This document shows, piece by piece, positions 1-12,800 of a DNA stretch of 63,851 bases. The stretch is from positions 25,048,001 to 25,111,851 of the forward strand of contig CM074516.1 of NCBI GenBank assembly GCA_037379345.1, given 5' to 3'. The notes under the pieces were generated by a model. That model was not told the DNA's origin. It searched no databases and saw only the letters and a program-made list of their open reading frames with translations. Position 1 is the stretch's first letter, and each line of letters opens with the position of its first letter. Source of the stretch: Perna viridis (Eukaryota). A program made the position numbers and the translations under genes.

Positions 1-313
1 AATGTTTTTCTAAAATTTTGAACATTTATTGTTTTTTTTTCAAAAAAGATCCCAGCCCCTCTTTTCCCCTCGTTTTCAAAATGGTCAAAGACTTCTTAGC
101 ACTTTGGCATACTTCACAATTTTTAACCCTTATGGGCATCTCTAGCTACATTTTCTCAGTTTAAGTGAGACAACTAGATTAATTTGTGCAGATACTGGAA
201 ATATTACAGTTCTCCACAGATGTTGGGAATGTTTTACACATCATGTGACATCAGTTTTTTGTCATCTTTCAAAATGTTCTTGCTCAAATATTCAAGTAAT
301 AAATTGCAGATAT

Positions 314-468
314 CAGTCTTCACAACTAACTGTACAGTTCACCGGCCAGAAATACATTTTTCAGAAATTTTAATATAGTGACTGTTGGCCTGTAGTAGTT
401 AATTTTACAGGCTCACCTCCATTTTGACTAGCCTTGGGCCTTGGACTACTACTTAACTGTGAAGACTA
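314..468. mobile_element. MITE-like element, ~16-bp imperfect TIRs
   Basis: cagtcttcacaactaa ... ttaactgtgaagacta inverted termini. Confidence 0.55.
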
Positions 469-842
469 TCATGTCTAAAAAGTTTTTATTAAGAAACAAT
501 ATAAAAATTCTGTTATCACATCATACAAGTATTTCTTCTGTCATGAAAATGAGATGATCTACTCTATTATCAGGAATGCAAGTTAAAAAAGATAAAAAGA
601 AAATGAGTTCTCAGTGAACAGGTATTTTGATAAGTATGTATCAACTTGTTAGAAATATAAAACTAAGTACAAATGTAGAAGCATAGACTTTGGTTTAATT
701 ATTTTTTCCCTCTGCCACAGAGGTATATACAATAAAGAACTTGGTCTGCTTATGAAATTTTTTGTTGTGGGACAGGTGAATTACACACACTTGACTCTTA
801 AATTACATTTAATAACATGTTGAATATATTTCATTTTTTCAG

Positions 843-3800
843 GCCTCAGAAGGGGGCCAGGAAGGGGAACCAAAGACAGTTACAATGAGAGCTGTCAGTG
901 TGACTGAAAAGACAGTCCCTTCAGAAACACCAGTCAATCTTACTGCTGTCAAAGATTCAGAGCTTGAAATGGACCCCTATAATGAGGATGAGGTATTTTC
1001 AATCAAAGATTTCTATATCAACCAGTCTTTCAGAAGGTTTGTTGGACCGTTTGATATCGCCGGTAAAGATGTGACAGGACCGGTAAAAAATTGGAATGAC
1101 AGACCAGAACTCCGGAAAATTTCCGATATTAGTCATTCTTGATTCAGGTCAAAATAGACGGTAAAACTTGGTTTGGTCCTGAAAATAGTATGTCATCACA
1201 GAATCGAATGTCCTGAAAAAAAAATGAACCTTTGGAAAGACTGATCAACTTGTTAAAGTTTTATTTTTTTGACGATTGATCAAATTCATAATGAAAGTCT
1301 TTAAATTTTTGAAAATTTAACCCCAAGATTATACATGTGTATATGTTAATTTTCATGCTTTTTCTTACCTTAACCTATAATTTGTTGTATTTGATGTGAT
1401 TTATCTGATAACTTGCTTATACAGTTACAAGCATACATTTTGTACATTGTATGTCTTATTGATTTGCATTGGTGTATTTCAGACTGAACTCCGATTTTTA
1501 CATTCCAAACCAACCTGTTTTATTGTAATTGGAAAACCAGGAGCAGGAAAGACTACTCTTGTCAGACGCTTAGCTGCAGAATGGAAGTGTGAATTGATTA
1601 ATCGTATGTTTACTGAGTTTCTTAGTCAAGTTTTTTTGTACCATATTTGTTAGATTTGCCTCAAATTAAAACATTTGCTTAAGATGAGTAGTTGAATACA
1701 TGATATGATAGATCAAAGAACCCAAACAATATTTTACATATCTAGTTTGACTGAATATTTTGATTGATATACAATTGAAATTTTGAAAACATAAGTCATT
1801 GTTAATTTTGAAAGTTTTTTACTTGTATTTAAGTTAATATATCATATTTTCATGTATTTGAGCTCTATGAAGACTTAGAATGGATAAAATAATCTCATAA
1901 AGAATTCATTTTGACATTTTTTTCTGTTATTGCAGCAACTGATATTATACTGAGAGCCATAGAAATGGAAACTGACAATGGAAAGAAGTGTGCAGAGATA
2001 TTAAACAGAGGAGAGGCTGTCTCAGAAGATATGGTGCTTAAAATGATTGAAGAAAAAGTCAACTCTCCTGAAGTAGCACATCATGGTATAATCAAACTTT
2101 AATTTTTATTATCATAAGCATTTTTTCTATTAAAACAAAAACCTTGTATCAGTGTACTGTTGGTTAGTGTAAAAGTGTAAAAATATATTAACTAACTTTA
2201 TTTTATGTTGTAATCTTGAAGAAGTTCTGTGGGTCATGCATATTATATGAAAGATTATAATTTGAAGCAATGTTTTTTTGTATTCATTGTTTGATATATA
2301 AAAAAACATTTTACAAAAAGAGTATGTTATTGTGCTTTTTGTCCCTAGATATTGATTGAATTTGTCTAATATATTCTAGGTTATGTTTTGGATGACTTTC
2401 CTAGTCTGTCAGAGGAGAACATGAGTATAAAAGATCAGCTTGAACTTATTAAAAATTGGAAACTTAAACCAGATTTTATCATAAATATTAAGGTAATAAC
2501 TTAATTGAAATTGTCATTTCATTTGAAAAAGAGTAGTATAAGATTTCAGAAGTAAGTGAAGAATATACATGTTAGTAAAAAGAAAGGGTATTTGAAGCAG
2601 TGAAAAATATGTTTTAAAGTATTATCATGTTTTATCTTCGGCAAAATAAGTCAATACACAATAATTAAAAAAAATGTATTAACTAACTTTATTTTATGTT
2701 ATAATCTTGAAGAAGTTCTATGGGTCATGCATATTATATGAAAGATTATAATTTGAAACAATATTTTCTATCATATTTCTTATTCTGTTTACTGTATTCG
2801 TAAAATTTTTAACACAAGCATCGAAGTCTTACATTGTAAGAATAAATTGCCAGAATCTCTAAAGTACATGTATCAGATTAGGTATTTATTCAATTTTAGA
2901 TACCGGACAAAGATTTAGAAGTTAGAAGAACTGGACAGAAAATTGATCCAGTTACTGGTATTACCTACATTAAAGAAGTTTATGCACCAGAAAAGCCTCC
3001 TAAACAGGTAACCATTATTATAAATGTCATGTAAGTTATGTCCCTTTCTAAAGACACACCTTCAGCAGACTATACTATGATTCATTTGATACTCATGATG
3101 AATGCACTAAAAAATTACATGTTCAGTCATTAAATTATATTAAATGTTCATGTACTAGACTTTTCATCAAAGAGTTGCACTTATGGCAAGCTCATTTACC
3201 TAATGGATGTTTAAAATCATCCATTATGTACATGTGTAATAATTTTAATCCAGAGAAAGTAACCAAGATCAGCATGCAGTATAATTCCATATTGCACTAA
3301 TGCAAACATAGCTTCAAGTTCATTGAAGTCACCAGTTAGGAAGAGGTGACTTGAACAAAATTTTAGGCTTTGTTATACAATGATCTGATGGAAATAATAC
3401 TCCCTAGAATTCATGCAACAGCACTAAATTATCTGATGACAATATCCCAATTTTTTGTCTAGCCTGAGAAAGAGGAAGGAGAAGAGGAAGAGGAGGAAGA
3501 AGAAGCAGAGGAGGAGGAAGCTGCATTAGAGGTATAAACTTACTGTTTTACTCATGTTATATATTGGATTCTCTACTTTATTGCGTTTTTGAGAAATTTT
3601 CCCATAGTTGTACTTACTAATTATTTTGTTTGTCAATGCAGTAGCCTGAGAAGGTAAACCATTGCTATGTTTTAATGTTAGTTTATATTCAGAATTCAAG
3701 ATTTGTTTACTTAAGGGTGGACGTAACATAAATTTGCACCAAGGAAAATACCATGAGAAGTATATGTTTTATTTTTGCATTATTTTGTTTATGTTTACGT

Positions 3801-6800
3801 TATCCAGTTAGTTTACAAATTAGAACAACTGACATAAATAAAAGAAATATCTTGATTTTGTCTGATCATTGTAATTCTTATGTGTTCATTTGCTATACAG
3901 GAAGAAGAAATGATTGAAGAACTTCCTCCAGAAACATTGGAGAGATTAGTACGAAGACCAGAGGATTTGCCAGAGAAAGTTGGAGATAATATACGCAAAT
4001 ACAAAACTAACATGCTGAGACTTCTTGAGGTATTAAAAACTATCTCCTTTTTTGCCAGTATTTCAACTGAATGGTAAACATATGTTTTTTTACCCTATTC
4101 AATGAGTGGGTGGTATATTTGAATCACCTTTTCTGTCATGTCTGTCCATCCAAATTTTGTCTCAATTATCTCAGTGCCTAATGCTTGGATTGATTTCAAA
4201 TTTAGTGTTAGGCTTTATATTGATGGGGTATACATTGTAAGCCATTTTGGGTATTGTACACTATCAGCTTCCAGTTTCATGGGACTTTGTCATTTTTCAC
4301 TAAATAGAATGATTGAGAAAATTTTGTCACAAAAATCTCAGAATCCAATAGATGGGTTGATTGTGAATTTAGTATATAGATGTAAGTGATTTTGGGTGTT
4401 GTCAAATATTCACTTCCTGTACAAGATGGGGTATATCTAGCATGGCAATGCATACAACTTCAAGCTTGTAAATTTTAGCTGGTTCAACTGCTAAAATATA
4501 ATAATTTTTTTTATATTTCTAACATTATTCTTAGATTAAAATGGTGATATTTAAAATTTATGTTGGTAAGGCTGTAATAGAAAGTTTACAAACCTTAAAA
4601 GTTAAGGTTTGTTTACTTGGAAGATCACAATAAAGGACTACTTTTCTTCGGCAAATGTGGTCATTTTTTTTTCTTTAGAATCCATTTATTCAGCAAAACC
4701 ATCAGTGTCTTTCTTTCAGTTTTTAATATGCATATTTTTTGCTTTCAATAATATTTCCGATTGAACACTCTTCTTCTTAAATAAAAAAAAAAGCATTATC
4801 TACAACTTTTGTTTAGAAGTAGCAATTTGCTGGTTAAGATTGGTTAAATTGAAATATTTTGTAGGATTATATGGCAGATCATGACCAACAGTACTTAGTA
4901 GAGATGGATGGAAATCAAGCTTCAACAGTTTTATTCAAGGTGAGATAAATATAAAAGGAATCAAATAGATATTTGTAAATTTCAGTGGTTTCATGTGTGC
5001 ATACATGTCTATTTGTGTATATATATATATATATTTGAATTTGACAGTTCTAACATCCTTGGGAATTTTTCAGACCCTTCTATAAGTTTACATTATCTTC
5101 CCTGTATCAATTTTATCCAATGGAGCAGTGTAGCGAATAGAGTTGTCACATTCTGAGACGTTGTGTGTAGAATATTGATTTGTTGTGACATGCATCTTTA
5201 ATTTGATCCTCTATCCTATGTAGTAACACCTAGATTAACTGTCCTGTACTACCATACATCGTGTACTAAGTTACAGACCTAGATTAATCCTACGAGGAGG
5301 AATGACCCGGCCAGCAAAAGCTATATTTTTATATAGCCTAGCTGGCTGAGTGGTCTAGGGTGCTGGACTTAGTGCAGGTGGTGTTGCCATAAATGTCACA
5401 GCTGTACAAGTTCGAGTCCCATGGAGGGAACGACCAAAAATTTGAATTTGACAGTTCTAACATTGTTGGGAATTTTTCACATATATATGCTTCTTTTTTT
5501 CAGTTAGGCAATTGTGTGACTGTGAAAATAATTAAATTCAGATGCTGAAGAGATAGAAAATAGTCTAGCTAACTGAATAAAAATAAATAGTTTTTTAATT
5601 TGCTATGAATTCTCATTACTTTTATTTATACTAAAGGTCTTCTGTTGCAGTAATCAAATTTTCAAATAATTTAAGGTTCACTTCTCATTTTTTTTTTAAG
5701 CTCTAAAAACTTACATATGTTATGTACATTTTTCAGCAATTAATGACCAGATTGAGTTGTTTTGTGCTAAGGCCAGCGGCAGTGCCAATGCGGCTCATTG
5801 ACCCAGATGAAGAGGATGTTCCTGAGGATATTGAGGCTGATGAGTTAATGCGTCTCCTTGGTCCAAAGAGAATGGTTGGTCCACGTTTCAGATGGCGTCG
5901 CAGTAAATGGATGAAAAATTGTCCTGTGGCATTACATGAAGGGAACATTTTGCCAGGGAAACCAGAATTTGCTGTCAGGTATTTATTTCCAATGATTCTA
6001 TATTGATATTGTAATTTGTAAGCGACTTAATGTTACATAATTCATTGTAAACTTTTTTAAGTCATTTTCTCTGAAAACAAAAGCATGGGTAAAAAGTCAG
6101 AAATATTCGGAATAGCAGGAATTAAAGTTAAGAAAAAAAAATTATTGTTACTTTGGAATAGCAATTCCTTATTTACTTATGCCAGAAATGATTTTTCTTT
6201 ACAATTATAAACTTAGTCAAATGTTGTTTCCACCAGCAAGTGACAGTCTTGTCTAATCATTTCACATTTTAATTTTCAGTTTCTTAGATAAGATCTACTG
6301 TTTGTCCAGTGTGGATGCTATTACAAAGTTTATAAAGAATCCTAGACCATACCTTCTTCCACCACAGCCCCGCCCTCCATGCAAATTGTGTGTCATGGGA
6401 CCGCCCCTTTCAGGAAAGACAACCTTGTGTAATTTACTTGCTTCAAAATATGGTGCAAAGGTTTGTTGATATTTTTTTAGTGAAAATGTTAAAACAAGTA
6501 CTGAAGTGTATATATACTAGAAAAAATACTAAAAAAATCCATAGCTTAATTTTTGGATGGATATAATAAAATGCAAAAAAGGGAAGTATTTATTATGTTC
6601 AAAAACTACATGGCATGTTTTGCATGTTTACTTTAGAAATAAATTTAAAAAAATAAAGAGTATTTTATGAAAAAAGTATAAGTATTTCAAATTTTGTACC
6701 CTTAATATAGGTGCTGGACATGGATGCCATAATACAGCCTCATTTAGATGAAGAAAAGAAAAGGTTCCTCGAGAAAACTAAGGAAGACACAACAGAAACT

Positions 6801-9800
6801 GCTATAGCTACTGTAAAGATGAAGATAAAAGAACAGATGGAAGCTGAACAGGCTGCACGGGAAGCTGAAGGTATAGTTATAAATACAAATGATGAAGCAA
6901 ATAAATAAATAAACATCCTGAAATTTGCAGTGAAACTATGTATTGTCTGTGTTTCTTTTACTTCACTTAACCCTTTGACCTTACAGGTACATGTGATTTT
7001 TTTTTTTGGAATTGGTTGTATTTAGATTTCATTAATTGTTAACTGATCCTTTAAATCAATGTGAAATATTAATTTTTCTAAATGTTTTTTCATAAATTAA
7101 GATCCGCCAAGAGAATTGGTTTACCTCTTACAAGTTAGCTTGTTCATGTACAGGAATTTAGGACAAATGTTGTTTTAAAATCTTGATCTAAAATCATGTA
7201 CAAAAATAGTTTATCCTTACATTGATTGATTTCTTGTACCAGAATGTTCAGTTTTAAAATGTCACAACAAAGTACTCATTTGGTTTCAAAATATTAAAAA
7301 AAAACATTTCTTCACAGATATGCTAAGATTTTTCAATACATCAATGTTCTTTACTTTAAAGAGACATTGTTTAAGATAGACAAACCTATAAAAACTAGTA
7401 AGTCATATTTGGTATTGAGGTTTTCTTATAGCAGATTGTAGAATTACATTTTTAATCAGGTTATAGAAAATGGCATAAAGATACATGTATATAGAAATTG
7501 TTGTTTCTATCAATGAAATTTCTTAGTTGGTATCTGTTTTGCATGTCATTTAGAAATTTGACTAATTTATTTATTAGTTGGGTATAAGGTGAAGAATTTG
7601 ACTGTTAAATTGTTTGTTTATTGCTTTTTGTTCTGTTAAATCACAAATCATTGGCATATTTTGATTATATGTTTTATCACATGTAGGAAGAAAATACATG
7701 TATTCAGATATCCCTTAAGTTTTTTTCTTCTTCAAAAACCGTATTAATTCATAATAAGATTAAAGTTCAAACAAACAACAGTTTCTGATCAGTACGTCAA
7801 AATTCATGTTTTTCAAACCTTGTTGTTTGGAATTTTTGATATTTATTTTTCTTTTTTTCAAATATGAGAAGGTGTAAATCAATATGTAAGCATTTCATTT
7901 AAAGTAGCAGGGTTTGATTAATGCAAGTTGCTGCACCACTAGGGAAATATGCTTACATTCTTTGATTTTAAAAAGATTATTTTTGATAATATAGAAGCAA
8001 GGATTGAGGCTGAGAAAACCAAGGAAATGATGCCTGGTATGTCTAGAAAATGGTAGAAAAATCGCAGTGGAAAACCTTTGGTTTTTGTGTGTTTGTTTAT
8101 AGTTTTTGTCTTGTTGTTAGTTTCTATTTCCAATCGTTAGTTTTCTATGTGATAAAGTTGATAGTTGTGTTTGTGTGCATAGTTATGTAGATGTGGTGTG
8201 TAATTTCATGTACAGAATTAGCAAAATTAGAAGAAGAGGAGGCTGAGGCAGAAGAAGAATTGGCTGAAGGTATCCATGACTATCACTTGCATGATGGGAT
8301 ATATCTCACTTTTAGTATTAGTCCACTCTGTAGCCTCACTATAGTTGAAGAGCACTTTTTAGTGTAGACTAATTTTATAATCACATACACTATATTTATG
8401 AACATCTACACAATCCTGTCACCATTTTTTTTAAGTCCTACTCATTGGTATTCATAGTCTTACTAACTAATGTCCACAGTCCTATTACCAATTTCTGAAA
8501 TCCTTACTCATGGGTATTCAGAGTTTTGCCAACCAATGTCCACAGTCCTATCACAAATTTTGGAAGTCCTACTCACTGGTATTCAAAGTTTTGGTAACCA
8601 ATGTCCACAGTCCAACTCTATATTGAAAGTTCAATCACCACTTACCTTAGGACTTGTGCACTATTGATCATCATTCACAATTCTACACATAGGTATATTA
8701 AGCCCATCTTCACTAGCCAATTGTTCCGGTCCTGCCCCCCTCCGTTTACAGGGGACAGGACCGAACCATTGGCTAGTGAAGATAATTTAATCCATCCAAA
8801 TCTTGTTCACAATTATTTACAATCTTGCTCACCAATATTCACATAAAGTTTGTCAATTCATCTTTTGTTCAAGTCATAAAACTACTGACCGAGTGACTCT
8901 TTTTCCATCTCTTAGACTTTTAAAATGTCTTCTTTCATTTAACCATAAATTTCAACTACTAATTGTATTTAAAATCAAAGCCAAATCATGGTAGAATCAG
9001 AAGAATGAACATTAGTTGTCAAAGATTGAAGGTTAAAAGAATTTATAGAATCATTTTTGGTAGATGTTTTTAGCTTTGTCTTTCAGGAAACAATTAAATC
9101 ATTCTTCTCCATTGTTTTCATTTTTTTTAATTTTCACACAACAGATTCATGTAAAAAGGATTCTCCACCCATGGTGACATATCTTTTCAATGTTTAAGGT
9201 GAAATAAAACTATTGCATGATATTTAGTCATAATGGTAGAAATGTGCTAGTTTTTTTCATGAATTATAATTTTTATAAAAGTAGAGCTATGCTAGAATTT
9301 AGGTTTTAGAAAACTTTTGATGTTCCAGTATTTGATAATGTATAATCATTTAGCAGAGTTGACTTTGCTATTGGAATTAATTATTATATATTAAGTAATT
9401 CTGAGAGCACTTAGTCTGTAAGAATATACGCATTGTATTGTTTCTATATATTTCTTTTTAAAGGATGGTTTGATGTTTAATCATTCTTTCTAAATATGAA
9501 AGGAAGTTATTTCTTCCCACTGCTTTGTCTAGAGATAAAGCTATAATGACTCATTTACTTTCAAAATACAGTTTGCACCACTCTTTTTCTGCATCTTAAA
9601 GCATTCATTGACCTTGTTTTGTCCTATTTTTAGATGAAGAAAAGAAAGATTCTGATGATGGTAAGACCCTAATTATGTCCCCTTTCTTTAGTTGAAACCT
9701 TTAGTTAGCACATGTTGTACTCTGTTGCACATATTCTTCTTTCTTTCTAGCACTCAGTCTCATTCAAATTTTCTGGCACAAATTCTTCCTTGTCCAACCT

Positions 9801-12800
9801 ACTCCTGCTTATTCTTTTACAATCTTGTACTGTAGGAGACTTCTGTCTATACCAAGTAAATTTAGCTTCCTTTTTCTGCTTGTGCAAATATCGCTGCTTT
9901 AATTGTGCCAAAAACACATGTTTCATTATCATTTTCCACTAAATCTGTCTCTTTTAACAACCACGGCAAAGTGTGAATCGTTTGTTTTACTTCTGACATT
10001 TTTATGTTTGTTTCTTATAGATTTCTTTTCATCCTTCCTTTTTGCTTTGTTTCATTTATTATGCATGTAACCTAGAGTTTTATACATATTTATTCATGTA
10101 GCACTGTACCTGTATTATTTTTCATATTATTATTTACAGGTTACATTTTATGACTCAATGCAGTTTTCAGGTTTCCTCCTGGACTGAAATAGTTGTAGTG
10201 AAATAATATTTTCATCGCACACATTTCCTTGTTTATAAACTTGAGACAACTTAATACAAATTCATGGAACATTGGAAGCCTGCGAGATAGGTTGGAGAAT
10301 TAGGTCCATTGCCTTTGTGTATGACTGTGTTTCCTTTTTGGCCTGTATAAATCTTGTCACATATCAAATGATTTTCTTTGAAATCTACTAAGAAATCTGT
10401 TGAGAAACTTATCATAAGTCCATATTAAGGTATTAGTGATAACAACTTAAAAAAAGTTGATAGTTTATTTTTGTACATTATAAAATGCCCCTTAATAGCC
10501 ACTCTTATGAAATCTCAGAAGTTTGAATTCTCATAAATGGCTATTATTAGATATCCAACCTGTGGTCAATTACTGTGATTTGAATTTGAATGAAAAAAAA
10601 ATCAGATATATTACAAAGGAGTAAGTCTGCCCTAGTGCATTGGATAAAGGAAACTGTTCTTAGTTTGCCTGTCAATTAACTGTATTTATTTAAACAATAG
10701 AGACAACTACAGATGCGGAGGCAAAGAAAGATGCAGATGACTCAGATAAACAAGAGGATGACGAAAAGCAAGATGGGGAAGGTGACAACGAATCACATGC
10801 TAGCTAGCTATGATATTTATTTTACTAACCATGCTACTTTTCTTCATTTATCAGATATAAAGACAACTTACACCAACATATTATGCTGACAGCTGTAGAT
10901 TTAGTTTCATGTCCTTTCACTTTTGAACTGCTAGCTTTAGTTATCACTGCAAATCACTCCTCATACTTCTTTTGTTTACATTTTCAGGATGTTATTTTCA
11001 CTTCCTAGAATTTTAAGGCCTTCCAATGAATTCCTATTTGTTAAGATTTGTAAAACTCAACCTCAGCCTTTTATTTCTTTTCTTTGAATATGCTCTCCTA
11101 GACCATTACTTCAAAGATGATTTTGAAATTCCAGTTAAGAATTTAATAAGAAATCAATAAAAGGAGATTCACAATGGTAATCTTTCCTTTCAGTCAAACT
11201 ATTTGCATGCACATATCAAAATTTTTCATTGCATGGTATCATTTTGAAAATTGTATCATTTTTATTGCATTTTGTGAAACGTAGTGATTTTAAGCCGACA
11301 CATCTAGTTGTTATCTTGTTCTTACAACTTGTGATAATATGAGTGAAGCTAATTTGATTCGTTTCTACAAGCCAATTTTTAGATTTCATTGCTTATTCCA
11401 TTTTTCATAGCCACATATAGATAAGAATGCTGCTAGCTGATGTAATAAATTATGAAAACAATTTTGCCTAAATGAGAGATTTTTTTAGTAGATCTTTCAT
11501 TTGAATACATCATGAGATATAACTTACAATAAATTCTCTTGATAATTTCGCTACTCTTGCTGTTAACAAAATTTTTTTAATTGTATGAAAAAAAAACAAA
11601 AACGTATATACATGTGTGTATAAAAATTTTAATTTGTTGTCAGTTTTGAATTGCTGTTAATATTCCCAAGGTTTGCCAAGGTTCCAACTTCCAGCTAGAT
11701 GGGTTCCTACAGAGTAAAGATTACATTTGTATATTGCTTCAAATTTGTTAATGTGTAACATATAGACTGAAAAGTAAGGCCTTCATAGTTTTAGAATATT
11801 ACTCATACACGATGACACAGTAGGTCTGATAATTTGGTACTATTTTTTACTTAATGGCAGGTTATCATCAAGAAGAATGTGAAACTTATTTTAATAATGT
11901 TTTTTTTGTGAAGCTTGGATTTCTGACTGTAAATCTTGTAGACAAAATTAATAATGCAGTTTTTATCCTTTTTTTCAGGTGTTGTAACTGATGAACAAGG
12001 TGGAGAAACTGGTCAAGAGGATAGTAAAGAAGAAAAACCAGATGAAAAATCATCTGATGAGAAAGCAACAGAATCTGAATCGGACAAACCTACTGAAGAA
12101 AAACCAGAGGCTCCAAAAATGCCAGAGGTTGATGCTAAGCATCCTGAGGTCATTGCCATGGTTGAGGAGGCTTTGAAAGAGGCAGAGAAACAGCCAGTAA
12201 CCCTTACTCCTGAAGTCTATGTTGAGATTCTAGAGACGGCAATCAAAGATGCTGAAAAGGAGATGAGGGATGAAAATGGAGAAGGCCCACTGTATGTAAA
12301 TCAGTCGTTTAATAATCTGTTGAAGTAATGTGTTTCCATTATTTTTGAAATAGCCTGATTTAAGTCATGTCTTGTCCTTTTTATGAAATGAATGTGTAAA
12401 GGAAATACTTCTATACTTTTTTTCATGTTTTTATACCTTTATTTTCCCCTTCTTTTGACAAGCAAGTTGTAAAAAAACTTCCAAGATTGAATTATGATTG
12501 TTGTTTATAAATAGCTTACCTGAAGTATTTTTGATATTTTTCTTTACAGTAATGGTGGCTGGATTCTAGATAACTTCCCACGTACTCGTGACCAGTGGAG
12601 CATGGCCATCGAAAAAAATGTCCTTCCAGACGATGTTATATGTCTTAAGGATAATGATAACGGAGACTTCCTTCTCAAAAGATACTATACCATCAATAAG
12701 GAAGAAATTGATGCTCAGATCAAACTCAGAAAGGAAGCTGAGGAGAAAAAAAGAAAACAAGAGGAAGAAGAAAAAAGGTATTGCAAGGGGAGATAATTTA

